Origin: Hydrurus foetidus
Lineage: Eukaryota
Length of the DNA: 57,991 bases
Direction of reading: 5' to 3'
Assembly (NCBI GenBank): GCA_900617105.1
Contig: UYFQ01000720.1
Span: 1 to 57,991 of the forward strand
Shown here in pieces: positions 24,180 through 37,049 of this stretch. Numbering within the stretch: the stretch's first letter is position 1; each line of letters opens with the position of its first letter. The notes below the pieces were generated by a model. It searched no databases, had not been told where the DNA came from, and saw only the letters and a list, made by a program, of their open reading frames with translations. The translations under genes and the position numbers were made by a program.

Positions 24180-25800
24180 TTTTGACGATGTTTAATAGTT
24201 TGTGAGTGCTGGGCGATTCACGATGGAGGTTTGGTTTCTCCTGCCCCGAGATATGAAAGCAGACCTTGTAAAAGCGGCAAGGAGAAAGTACCGCTTTCCG
24301 CTTTTTCCCGCTTTCAAGATCGCTTTTCACCGCTTTCGAGGTCGAATCCTTTCGTATAGGTTCGCTGTAAAGAGAGGTGATACGAGAGGGTTGGTACGAG
24401 TTCGGGGGGTCCAAGGTCCAGAAAAAACAAAAAACGTGTCGAAGCTGATACCGGATGATTTGAAATTCGAACGGAGGGTGTCAAATAAGTAGCTCAGCTG
24501 GGATAATATTCCAATTTCATTGGGTGCAGAATTGCTTGTCATTCGATTCGATGATGCTTGATGCTTCAGGTACCATTTATCTGCGTTTCCAGGCAAACAG
24601 AAATTGACGAATCAGGCAGCGTGATGGCAAGGTGAGACACATCAGAGCGTCCCGAAGCTCTTTGCTGACGGGGAGTATCCTCCTCATTCTTCACATTCTT
24701 CACACTTACCGGCATCTTTCCTCTTCCCGTTTCAATACAACTTCTAAGGACAAAGCAAAACACCAGGAAAACTTCCAAGACATCCAGTAATGTTAAGAGG
24801 GGAAAGAAAGGGGTCGCGGTGAATGTCAAGCCAGTTGAATCCTCCAGTACTGACACAGTGATTGCTGAAACGAACGAAGATGGCGTGACGAACGATGTCG
24901 TAGACGATAATAAAGTCGAAGCTGAAGCTAGCATCGAAGAGAAGCAAACAGATGTCGAAGCCGTTACAGTTAGCATCGAGGATGTACACAATGCCGTGGA
25001 TACATCGGGAAATACTGTTGCTGATCATCTTAACGAAGCACATACGATTTCCACCAGCGAAGCAAATGCGATTTCCACGGAGCCAGTCATGTAGATATAC
25101 TGAAAAAGCATTCAGCGGGTCAGATCGATAATAGGGTGAATTAGAGGAGCTTGAAAGTGGACGTGCCTATGTCATCCAGAAACTTTTGCTACCACCTTAA
25201 CTGCTACGCTGCTGGGATGGACGTACGTCAAATGTTGCGAATATCAATTTATGAATATTTGGAACTGGAGTTATTTTGTATGTCGACCTGTGTAGTCTTT
25301 TAGTTTACCTTCATTTGAGTGTCAACAACATGGCGCAATACTCACACTATCCGAGAAAGAATGTTCTTTCTATCTCTGCGAGAAGATAGTTTACACATGC
25401 ACCATTATTTCTTCCTTTGTTGTGCAAATTGCAATCATGTTTTTATGGTACAATGAGCTTTTGTTTTTCACTACGATAACTTGGCTCCAATTTCGGTGGC
25501 TGATTTCCGATTTCATTGCGAAATCGATGACATGAGAAATATTTTGAAGTGGTCTTGAGGGAGGGTTTATTCAGGAGACAGCAGCACTTCTTCTTTTTCT
25601 ATTAATTAAAATAGTGCTCACGTTAGTATGGCGGTGGAGAATTCGTACAAAAAGTAAATACTGTTTACATTGAAATTTAAGAAATGAATTCTGTGTAACC
25701 TCGTTTTCACGTACAACGATATACAAAAGAAATATACAGATAAGTACCACTTAACAGAGCATCATCACCGCAAATCAAAGTATTACCAACAGTAAATACA

Positions 25801-28800
25801 TTACATTATATCATTATTGTCGGCTATTGTAGTTGAAGTTGAAAACTTTTCATCACCAGGAACTTCGCATACGAAATAAACGTCTTTTCCTTTGAACAGA
25901 ATGTTCTTTCCGTCATGAGACCATTGCAGTGATGTGGCACCTACGTACGTGAAATATAAAGATTGGAATATATCAAAAAGTTCGGATAGTATTAGAAATG
26001 ACTGAACAACAGCAACGTGAGCAAGATCGATAATCAATGTGTTAGGACGAAGAACGCATGTACGTCGACAGCATGGCAATACAACCGACAGATAACACAC
26101 ACCACAATAATTACAAAATGCACTAAGACTTACATGTCTGTTTCTGATACGAAGAACTCTCAAGCAATTCCGTCCCGCAACTCGTTCCAGACACAACAGA
26201 ATAATTACTATCATTATTGACGTTATCATAAATTGCACTTGTATTTGACGGAGCATTACCGAGGGCAATGTCTGAATACGTTATCACTCCATTACCCCCA
26301 CCCGCCACGCCGCACCAAAAATAAATTCGACTCGTTCCCGTGCAAAACGCCAAAATTTGACGTTCACCCGTAATCGTACTTACACCCGTACAGTCCGCAC
26401 TGACATCCGTACTTACAGAACTACACGGTTTCCATTGAGCGCATAGTATTGGTTCAATTTGAATTATCAGTGCGGTTAATTTCGCCTCTAAAACAGACCA
26501 AATCCAGAGACATCTATGAGAAAAAAGAGAAAAAGAAGAAGATAAGAAGTCGGAGGTGAACTAGGATGAAAGACATGTGAAGATTGTGGTGTATCATTCG
26601 AAAGAATCTAGGGCGGTGGAAATGATTGTGTTGAAGAATTGAGAGATGGGATTATGGGTTATCGCGTAATCAACACCTTGATACATGCTGTGCAAATCGA
26701 CAGTATGCTGCAACACTTTCACACACACAGCCCACTTAACACCACACCCAGATACGATGTAAAGAGGCCAAAGATGATGACGATATGATCTCCAAAGCAA
26801 TCATCTCTCTAACACAGCACATTATCACGTAAGTAGAATTAAAATAAAATAATCATCACATACGCACTGTACGGACGGACCTTGGGTGCGAAGATTCTCT
26901 AGCTGCAAGTAGTGCTCCATTCGCACTTCTGGCATGCCACGAAACACCTAGAAGAAGTACATTTGATGGGAATTAAGATTTATTGATGGTAATTCAGGTG
27001 TATTTGATGTCAGGCGAGAGATATGTCAGTGTCTGGATATGTGGTTGATGATGTGGGAGAGTGGGTCGGGAAAGAGAGGAGAGAAGCTATGGAGTGTAGA
27101 ATTAAGAGGAGTGCAAGTACGTGTTAGATGTAAGATAAAGTCAACAGAAAAAGAACGACAAACAAGAAATCCGTCACTTCCAATAATTCACTACGACATT
27201 ACACAGTGCATGGTGCACCTTGTTGGGGAGGGAGGAATTTGCTGTTACGTGGGTCAACAGCTATTTTAGGCAATGCCTTAATGGTGTTCGCACGTCTCGT
27301 CACGTATGTACGGTGACCCAAACTATTTCCATTGACAGCAGATCGTCTGGTAATGAAAAAAAGTGAACATGACATGAAGATGATAAAATGTGAAAATCAA
27401 CATGAAAATGAAAAAAACATGAAGAAAACATAAAATCGACATAGAAAAATAAAATCAGCAAGAAAAAAAATGAAAGGAGTCAATGATGGAGAGTGGAGAA
27501 GCACTCATCTATTCTATTTAACTTTACTCTGAAGTGAAGTAGAGTCGTACACACGTACATAATGAAAGTACCTCTAATCAATCTTTAGTATTCCATAAAT
27601 TAGGAGGGTTAAATCAAAATAGTTAACATTGCATAAAAAATAATAAGAAAGTTTAATGAAAAAATTGAATCGTGAACTTAAAGTTGTGCATTCACCTAGT
27701 CGCTGTAGAATCCAATGCTGACAGCGCACTACCGGATAAAAAAGAAACGCTACTCCCCAGCACGACACTTATATCTCCCACCAACTCCCCCTCATTATCT
27801 GCCGGCACCTCCACAGTAATCAAAAATAAAGATGAAGAAATTGAAGCAATCCCTTGGGGGGAAGATTCCGCATATACGAGTCCAAGGTCCATCTCTCGGG
27901 GGTGGACTAGAGGGAGTACGAAGGCTGCCTGTGTGGTGTGGTTTGCGAAAATGTGCAGTTTAGAAGTTCAATTAATTTCAGAGGTTCAATATGCTTATGA
28001 TTTATTTTATTTTTGTCTGTGTATTGGTGATTGGTCGGGTGATCATGGCCAAGTTAGTTTCGAGATGATGCAATAGTCTACGTTGTGTGTTATCAAAAAT
28101 GCGTCACTGAGAAAACGCTAATTTGGATTCGTCTGGCGTTAGGAAGTGTTATAAAAATGCGATGTTTGTTAAAAAGTCAACACAGAAATGCAGTAATTGT
28201 TTTAAAAAACTTTCAAAAACAGTTAACTTCTCAAATGCATTTCCTAACAGCAATAAATTTCATTCATAATTCCGATTCATCGACAGCAAAAAGTCTTGGC
28301 TACGTATCAAATGCAAAGTGATGTCGATTACAAGATAACAAGAACAAAAGTGTGTTTAGATCATGAGTATTCAGTTCAAAATAGTCTTATTAACACAGTT
28401 TTTTTATACCTGCCAAGATCGCATAGATAATAGCCTTATTTTCCCGTCATATGAAGCTACGGACAATATCTGAGAGCTTGAAGAAGTATCGGAATTATTT
28501 GACGCTGATATCTCATTATTGCTGCTCAAATTAGCGGAGGGACGGAAAAAATCTATGGATCTAATTCCAAGTGCGTGCTGATATGCCTCAAAGTTTGCGA
28601 CAACCTGTAAAATTGAAAAAACGTCATTGCTGCGGATTAGTGCATTGGCAGATTGAGCTATGCGGTGATGGATATCTTCCTAAACACTCTGTTTAAAAAG
28701 AAAAATCAGATTTTCTGGATTGACAGGAGTACCTCACGTCATAAAAAATAACTGCAAGTATTCAAAAACAGAAGAAATAATCAAAATACAGTCAAACTGC

Positions 28801-29507
28801 ACGAAAGAATCTGGAAAAGATAGGATAAGATCTACCTCCCCAGATGCCGTGTAAACAATAAGCTTATAAGTCAGAGGAGAATCAACAGTTACGATATGGG
28901 TACTTCGAGGAGTCCAACTCAACGCGGCAACATCGCTACTCTTGCTTTTAAATTTTGACAGTTCTTGAAAAGGTGATGCGGAGTATACTCCGATGTAATC
29001 ATGCAACTCCATTCGGTGCACTATTCCTAGGAAACGTGAGCAGTCTGAGAAAGCAAGTAGCTGTTGTTGTGATGGACTGTTAGGAGCGATAGCACCCAGA
29101 CCATATTTCGGACTTGAAATTATATGTGATGTGCTGTCTAGAAGCGACCAAACACTCAGCTGGATACCGAAATCACTGACAGTAATTACACCCCTTGAAT
29201 CAGCCATCCAAAATGCATTTATGAAACCAGACACGCCCTCATTGATCCTACACTTCCAGTCAGGATCAGATATGGAAAAACACTGAAGCACTCCACGAAC
29301 TGTGTATGCGCAGAAAAAGTAACCCGAATCCGGAGAGAATTCGATTTTGTCGGGTTTGTCAATACACTGATAGGTGTAAACAACATTTAGTCTGGCGGAG
29401 TCTCTCACAGTTACTTTGATTCCAGAAACGGTAGCAAGATAAGTCCCGGACGGCGAGTATATCGCTGAAGAGGCAGAAACAGCCTCGGAATAATTGCACG
29501 GAACCAT
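25801..29507 (-). CDS. WRAP73: WD-repeat protein WRAP73/WDR8, multi-exon
   Basis: Exon 29507-28836 (YSPSGTYLA, DPDWKCRINEG, SDFGIQLSVWSL); exon 28604-28410 (EAYQHALGI, SYDGKIRLL); later exons GALLAARESSHPR, LWIWSV..LIIQIEPI..QWKP, LAFCTGTSRIYFW and SLQWSHDGK. Some middle exons are unresolved. Confidence 0.88.
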
Positions 29508-31439
29508 TTCTCTTGGGAATAACTTTGTCCGAAGTTCCAGTGAGCGATGATAGACTCGAAAAGTGATGATAAATATTCGACATTCTACTCCACTCTCCAC
29601 TGCGACCGATCCGCCAGATTCTCAACGGTAATAAAATGCCCACTGAATGAAATACTAAATATTCTGACAACATTTCAAACTTTACCAGCAACATGAAAAA
29701 ATGCATTCCATAAATTTCTGTGACTGACTCCATCAAAATGCTGACACTGGCAATCAGGAGAGAAGCTATTCAAATGAAAACTCCTCCAAATTTTGCATTG
29801 TGATAAATTTTCTGATCATAATTTCAGTTTTTTTTATTTGGAGATGATAATATAAGCAAACATTTACGTAGCAGACTCCATATCCTGTAGACTGGCCGTA
29901 AATAAATCTTTTTTCATTTTTTCTAATCTTGCAGCCTTTCTTTCTTTAATTCTTTAATCTTGTATAGTCATGATAGATTTTGCAGGAAAATGTGATAAGC
30001 TGTATTGAAAGAAAAGAAATGATAATTGTGCTTGAATTGAGAGGATGTTTGATGATTTGAAAATAATCGAATAGTAAATGAGAACATTATCGAGAGTTCT
30101 ATTCTGAATTACCTTTTAATGTAACGGTTTCTAATCGGCTAGTGCACTACGATAAGTTACCACAACGAACCTCCATGATAATTGTTTCCCTCAATGCAAC
30201 TCCACAATTCCTGTCCCAAATACCTGTCATTCCCGATGACATCTGATGGGGAAGGAAGTACATCGCAAAAGAAACCACATAACGGTTGAAGCCTACGTAC
30301 GTTCTACAGAGTACAGTAGGTATACCATACGGTACTGAACGAACGAAGATATTACCAGGACAGAATAAATTGTCCAAAACAAAGAACGAAAAGAGGTTTG
30401 AGCTCTGTTGAAATCACCATTTTCACCTTGGATTCGTTCATCTTCATCGGACATTCGATTCTGTCCCGGTAATACTAACGAAGTGATCATACAGATCATC
30501 GATCTGGGATCCATCGTGCTATCTCGCAATCGGAAATCGATGGATTGCTTTAGTTCTCTGAACACTGAATATAGTCCCAGACTGATCAGTCCTAAGTTGA
30601 AGTTGGAAGTGAACAAGAGCTTCGAAAAAAGATGAAAACTTCGTCTATATTAATTTCACATGAGAATTCAATCACCGCAACATTGTTGCTACTAAGCTAA
30701 CGTGTATAATCGTATGCAATTATTCCGTTTCAAGAAAGAGACTATCGATGGTCAATTTCAGTAGAGATGGAAAGATAATTTGAAGATTATGTTCCGGAAA
30801 AAGATAGTAGGGGTAAGGGCAAATAACTATGACGTAACATACTCGATGACGTAGAATAGAATAAAAAATAAACAGTTTAAAATCTTATTTTTGCATGCAA
30901 TTGCGATAAGTCACTTTCGTGCTGCATGTCATCACAAGCGTCACATCATGCATCACGTACAAATGACGTGTAGTACTGCACTCACAATGTACGTAAATAA
31001 AAATATAAATAAATAAATGAATAGATGAATAAATGAATAAATAAATAAATGGAAAAATAAGTAAATAAGTTGCGCATCTAGTAATCGTCACTTTGTCTGG
31101 TGTAAGTGTGAGGGGAGCGTGCTGCAGTCTGCAGTGACATCGTTGAGTGGTGTGTGTAGAGTTACAGATAACCGGATCTACACCGCTGATAGCCGTGGAC
31201 GCCGGGTAGGACGTATCTTCGGTGCTTTGGAGGGTTTTTCAGTTGGCCTGCCACTTGAGGGGGTAGAAGTGGGGACTGGGGAGCATCGAAGATAAAACGT
31301 GTGGGAGGCTTAGTGGGTAGAGGTGTAGGTCAACGTGTAGGTATCCAGGTAGTAAGGAGTTTCGTCGATACTTCAGTATTAGGAGGTGAAGGCAAGAAAG
31401 TAGGGGATATACATACGGTGGATTTGTCAACTAGACGGA

Positions 31440-32246
31440 TTAAATGCAGTAAATTCCCTTGATTGATATGGTGTTCCCGACACAGCGCCAACAGATTGTT
31501 GCGCCGTAGTCAGGCGCGATATGCCCTGGAGGGCATGGATAGCATTTTAGTCCCCAGGTACTGTAAGTCCCAGGTTCACAAGGTACGCATACACCCGCCA
31601 CCTCGTTTGTCCCGTCACGGCAACTTATACTTGGAGGAACAGGAGGTATAACAATAGGAGGAACAGGAGGTGGGATTATGGGAACAATGGGATCAACGCA
31701 GGTAATGCCATCGACTGTGTACGATGGCGCAGGACAGCTCGAGCAGTATGTGCTGTAGGAACCAGGAGCGACCGTGCCTGGAGGACAGCTTTTGCACTGA
31801 GTTGATGATTCTTCATCAGAGAAGGTCCCAGGTGGACAAGAATCGCAAAAACCGTATGGATACCCAGAATGAAACGGTTTCCAGTAGGATCCTCGAGAAC
31901 AAGGCACGCAGCGAATATCATTACAATAATATCCCGATTCGCAATTACAATTTTCTGTTGGTGTCAGCTGTGTTGGTAGGCTTGTTGGCTTCGTGATGCA
32001 ATTGATGTTGTCGATTGTGTACGTTAGCATTGAGCACCAAGTGCAAACTGTGCTGCCGGGGGAAGGAGCGATTTCGTCTTGGGCACAGCGAGTGCACTGG
32101 TACTGCCCTTCCTGATCATTGTAATATCCTGGTTCGCAAGGTACGCAGACATTGATTCCAGACTCCGAGTAAGTCCCTATAGGACAGGGTACGCAAACAC
32201 CTTCCCCCCAATAACCAGAGTAGCATGTTGGGGTCTCCGCTAGCAT
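31440..32246 (-). CDS. Cys-rich repeat protein (GCC2/GCC3, ephrin-receptor-like C-x2-C-P-x-G-T-Y repeats); possibly truncated or pseudogenic
   Basis: Repeated CxPCPxGTYS units with Pro-rich linkers. A Pro/Thr-rich continuation after the stop contains further stops. Confidence 0.7.
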   Translation of the reverse strand: MLAETPTCYSGYWGEGVCVPCPIGTYSESGINVCVPCEPGYYNDQEGQYQCTRCAQDEIAPSPGSTVCTWCSMLTYTIDNINCITKPTSLPTQLTPTENCNCESGYYCNDIRCVPCSRGSYWKPFHSGYPYGFCDSCPPGTFSDEESSTQCKSCPPGTVAPGSYSTYCSSCPAPSYTVDGITCVDPIVPIIPPPVPPIVIPPVPPSISCRDGTNEVAGVCVPCEPGTYSTWGLKCYPCPPGHIAPDYGATICWRCVGNTISIKGIYCI

Positions 32247-33127
32247 TTATGAAGATGTTGCAGGGCGTGTAACAATGTAGTATGTAAGAAGTCATTCTTG
32301 GAATACTAAAGCCGAGGAAATAGGTGCAACGTCACGTTCTTGGTGGGTCTCTAACTTACCTCCATAACTCAAGGCCCCCGATTCGCTGTCTCTCCTCATT
32401 AGGACTCTCTCATCTGATAGGTTACATTGAGAGAATGGATTAGGCCTATGGCACAACCAACACACAAGTTAGTAACGATGTCTTACTTGGCTGAATCAAG
32501 GGGGTACTAGCTTTGTCAAGCGTATTCGCGAGCGACATCGAGCCGTCATTTTCTTGTGTACGAAGATGGGCTGAGTTTGTTAGGCGACCTGAGATAATGC
32601 CGTGAGTTGGTGTTAGAATGAGGTTATGAAGGTTGCGGCCATCTTAATGCGAAGAAGCAATTATCACAGACTAGATCGTGAAAGTGAGATACCTGCTACT
32701 GCCAAGATGAGGTAGATGAGAACGAAAGCAATTTTAACCATGGTAAGGTAGACGTACTTCACTCAAGTTTTTCTTTATCACTGCTGGGGCAATTTCTCGA
32801 CTAGTTGTGTATCGATTGCAGCTGTTGAAGAGGCTGATTTCGTGACGACGATCTGGGAGATGCTGTGCGACCTATCGGTACCAGGTCTTCCTAATTTTGA
32901 CTGTGTTCCCATTTCTCACCCTCAGCAATCCTCGTATGGAATACTGTACCAAACATATTGTGGTTTCACTTCTGATTGGCAGCACTCCCCCCCAGGGAAC
33001 TGTACAGAACAGGCGCGCCATCAGGGAACTCAACTTCGCACATGCTGAATCCTAGCATAAGTATAGCACCATTCAACTCCTACAAACATGGAGTTGGCAA
33101 ACCAGCAGTCATGACATTGACTCTTCA

Positions 33128-36100
33128 ATGACGAGGAAATCGTCAAGAAGCAAGCATCAGCATCGGAAGTATTCAAGGCAAGATGAATCCTCATCGCATT
33201 TTTCTGAATTCCCTATCGACGATTACCTAATGATATTCCTTGATTGCCTGCAGTAGTCCTCCTCACCATGATAATGAGGCAGTTGGATCTACTGCGTCGA
33301 ATCACAATCCGCTTGCCGATTGTAATGTTGCTTGCCCGATTGTTGCCCGTACGCGTCAAGAGTCACGTCGTCTTGAAAACGAAAAGTGAGATTGTAGAAA
33401 GTGCTGACGTTATCAAATTTCGTGCTTTCATTGAGTTGCTATCAACAATCGAACATTTTCATTTGTGATGACAAAATCTCATCATCCTTTCCGACGCATA
33501 CTATTCAGATTTGAAACTAACGATGACTTGGCCGATGAAGCTTGTCTCATCACCGCCCGAAATTATGATGAGGCAGTTGGATCAGCGAGGTGCAATAACA
33601 ATCCGCTTGTCGACTGTAATGTTGTTTGCCCGATTGTTGCCCGTACGCGTTGTTGTCTTGAAAACGAAAAGTGAGATTGTAGAAAGTGCTGACGTTATCA
33701 AATTTCGTGCATTCATTGAGTTGCTATCAACAATCGAACATTTTCATTTGTGATGACAAAATCTCATCATCCTTTCCCATGCATACTATCCAGATTTGAA
33801 CCGGACGATGACTTGGCCGATGAAGCTTGCCTCATCACCGCCAGAAACTTGTTGGCATTGTCTGCCAAGTTAGTTCCCTACTGATCTCCATTCTAAGCTA
33901 TTTGGCATTTGTAACAGCTTACCGTGCTATTTTTTTGATTACTGACAGGCCTCTAACTGGAGTGACTGTTAAGGATGAAATTGATGGCGGGGACGACAAC
34001 CTCCCTACTAGCCGAGTGAATCTGTATGAAAAGCACATCAGGTCTGCATAGTATTCGTGATACTTAAACTTGAACAACTCTGATTTAACTTCCTGATTTT
34101 CCACCCTTTCAATATCTCACTTTAAAATAAATTCAGATCTGTTGACACAGAAGAAGATGTGCAGCCGCCACCAAAACGTCCCAAGAAAGAGCAGAAAGAT
34201 TATGCGCTTCCAGACTATAAAGCTAAAAATTTGATAATAGTTATCAGGGTTTTACAAACCGATAAAAAAAAGAAAAACATTTTGACCTTGGGTCGAAGTG
34301 TTGTGGAGACACTGTCCCTCAAAATGGACATTACGTGGATAGAGAAATTGTCAGAAGAAAGGTCATCTGCGAAGGCTGGTCATATCTTCTGCGCTTTGTG
34401 TGAAGGAATAAGACGAATCTATAACAATATGGATCTTGACATAGAAGACATTGACTCTATAGAAGGGACAAATGGCATCTGGCAGGTAAGCGTCCTCTGT
34501 CCCTCGTCCTGTTGTATTATGGTATATAAAATGTAATACATATATAATGTACTTATCCTGCATAACCATACCATGTCATGTGATATCATATCATAATATA
34601 ACATATCATGTTCTTATCATGTCATCCACGTACTTTGTAGTAAACCTGCTACCATACCATACCATACCATATCATACCATACCATACCATACCATACCTT
34701 ATCATGTCATACCATACCATACCATACCATACCATGTCATACCATACATACCATACCATACCATACCATACCATACCATACCATACCATACCATACTATA
34801 CCATACCATACCATACATACCATACCATACCATACCATACCATACCATAATTATACCATACCATACCATATACCATACCCATACCATACCATACCATACC
34901 ATACTATACCATACCATACCATACCATACCATATCTATACCATACCATACCATACCATACCATACCATACCATACTATACCATACCATACCATACCATAC
35001 CATACCATACCATACCATACCATACCATACTATACCATACTATACCATACCATACCATACCATACCATCCATACCATACCATACCATACTATACCATACC
35101 ATACCATACCATACCATACCATACCATACCATACCATACCTACCATACATACCATACCATACCATACCATACCATACCATACCATACCATACCATACCAT
35201 ACCATACCATACCATACCATACCATACCATACCATACCATACCATACCATATCATACCATACCATGCCATGCCATATCATTCATATCATACCATACTGCA
35301 CCATATCATACATGTCATTTCATTTCTTGTGTTACTATATGATGTCATGTCACATTTTAGTTATCTTGTTATGCACATATCTTTCACTTACCTTACATTT
35401 TGTTCATTTTTTTAAACAGATAAATTTAGCTGCAAGTTTTGTTTGGTTATTGAAGGAAGGCGACACCACGTCTCTTAAATTAATCAATGACATGGATGAT
35501 AGAGTATTTCTTAGCTCAACGAAGTACAACCAAGGGCGTAAGAAAGCAGTCTTTGGTCCGCCGTACACTTTAACAGTAGGAATTCCGATGACTTCAACCT
35601 CATCTACTACACGCAAAGAATTTAAGGATCAAACAAAATTTATAAAACTGATGTATGAGAAAATTATACATCCCAGAGATTTACTGGGATCATCCAAATA
35701 TTTAGCCGCAATGATCAATGGTGGGTCAAAAGTGGAGTCGTTAGCGTGGAATGCAGCACATCTTAAGTTACTTCAGGCACAAAATAAAAATACGAAGGTA
35801 CAATTGTGACGATCTACATCATATATTATTGATTAGATTCAATACTTACAGTCCACATCACTATCACAGGCTATGATTGTAAATGATTCTATTTACGCAA
35901 TCGCAGCCCATAAGGATGGGGGAAGAAGTCAGTCTCAAAGAAACGAAAGCACCAACACGATTGGCGCAGAAAGTGCCAGTAAATTTTTGTTACAAAGAAA
36001 ATTGCTCATTTCCGCGGCTCACAGCTTAATAGTTACACCTCATTTCATCAAGAACTTCAGGTGAAAGATTGTAACAATAATTTATTATTCATATAGAACT

Positions 36101-37028
36101 AAAAAAATCTAATGACTTCTCTTCATACAGTTTCGCAGACTCGATACACAACTATTGCGGTGTTAGGGATGATAAACAGTTTGCAAAAGCAGTGGCAACA
36201 GCTTTTGTAGGTGAAAAATTTAATGATGAGAAACTAAAGGGTAATCCATGGACTTGGGAGAATGAGTCTTGGATTTTACCCGATGAGTTTAATGTGGCGA
36301 ATGATTTCCCGGATATAGAGGTATGGCAGTCAAAGCTTTCGTCCTCAGTTCTAAACTTGTGCTTCAGGCACAGAACAGCTAATGAATCAAGGGCAAACGA
36401 ATCAAGAGCAAATGACATTATTAACGGCAATCAGTACTTCGATGATCGTGAAGCGCAAATCGATAACTCATTCGATGACACAGAAGACTATAACAGAAGT
36501 AGTCAAAGACTACAAGAGGATCAGACGTACGAGAGGCCATTGGAAATGAGAGGTAGAGAAAACATTTATCCAGATGAAGAAGTGGAGAGAGCTGTTGTTA
36601 CCCCTTCACTCACATTTCAAGTCTTCAGAAATGCATTCCCAGATACAGATATCTCCGTCTTCATATCAGAATCTATTCGAAATATTGAACCCAAGTTAGT
36701 AGCAGCTATTTTATCGAGGTACAGATACTATAGAGAAACAGACATGTATGTAGATAACAAATCCTCATTTAATGCTATACTTCAAATATTAAGCTCACCA
36801 ACCGAAGAGCATCATATTCTTGTTCGTGATGCTCTTCGTCCATTACCTGTAAAGGAAAATGACTTGTACTCGTGTGTTAGAAATCTCAATCATGCCATAC
36901 GTCTCCTGCGTCACCATGGTCAATCACCCTGTAAGAATATCCTGTACATATTGATACACGATGAATTATTTGATAACTCGCAACAATCGCACGAGTACAT
37001 GCGCTCTGCTGATAAAGTAAAAAAGTAA
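33128..37028 (+). CDS. Unknown 775 aa protein inside the Tc1-type element; exons 33128-33177, 33254-33385, 33509-33670, 33794-33868, 33949-34041, 34137-34485, 35420-35797, 35870-36060, 36131-37028
   Basis: All eight introns (first GC-AG, the rest GT-AG) are phase-compatible and give one open frame with an NLS-like PPPKRPKK. Exons 1-4 are the least certain. Confidence 0.72.
33268..33841 (+). repeat. Tandem duplication, ~285-294 bp x2, of an exon+intron unit
   Basis: The two intron copies (gtgagattgtagaaag...cag) are almost identical, and exon peptides repeat (EAVGS..NPL.DCNV.CPIVARTR; DDLADEACLITARN). Confidence 0.9.
34651..35270. repeat. (CATAC)n pentanucleotide microsatellite, intronic
   Basis: About 620 bp of accat repeats inside intron 34486-35419. 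Confidence 0.98.
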
Positions 37029-37049
37029 TTGATTAACGAAAAATATTCG

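Larger units (their letters stand above)
21042..24367. mobile_element. Complete PIF/Harbinger DNA transposon
   Basis: 16 bp TIRs CA(C/G)CGAACCTATACGA with one mismatch; TAA duplicated at 21039-21041 and 24368-24370; two convergent genes; subterminal ccgcttt repeats. Confidence 0.93.

Noticed and set aside
24371..25094. Basic then acidic low-complexity ORF pieces flanking the Harbinger, possibly an interrupted gene
   Set aside because: I could not build a consistent exon chain across the empty site or recognise a domain.
30147..30635. Short overlapping ORFs
   Set aside because: No motifs or convincing splice structure.
34547..35809. 420 aa YHTIP-repeat ORF and antisense MVWYG ORFs
   Set aside because: These are translations of the intronic (CATAC)n microsatellite; only 35420-35797 is a plausible exon.
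33128..37028. Fanzor/TnpB as the cargo of the Tc1-type element
   Set aside because: No RuvC D-P-G, E or D motifs or CxxC Zn ribbon are visible, and there is no room for an omega RNA at the element end. A remote-homology search would settle it.
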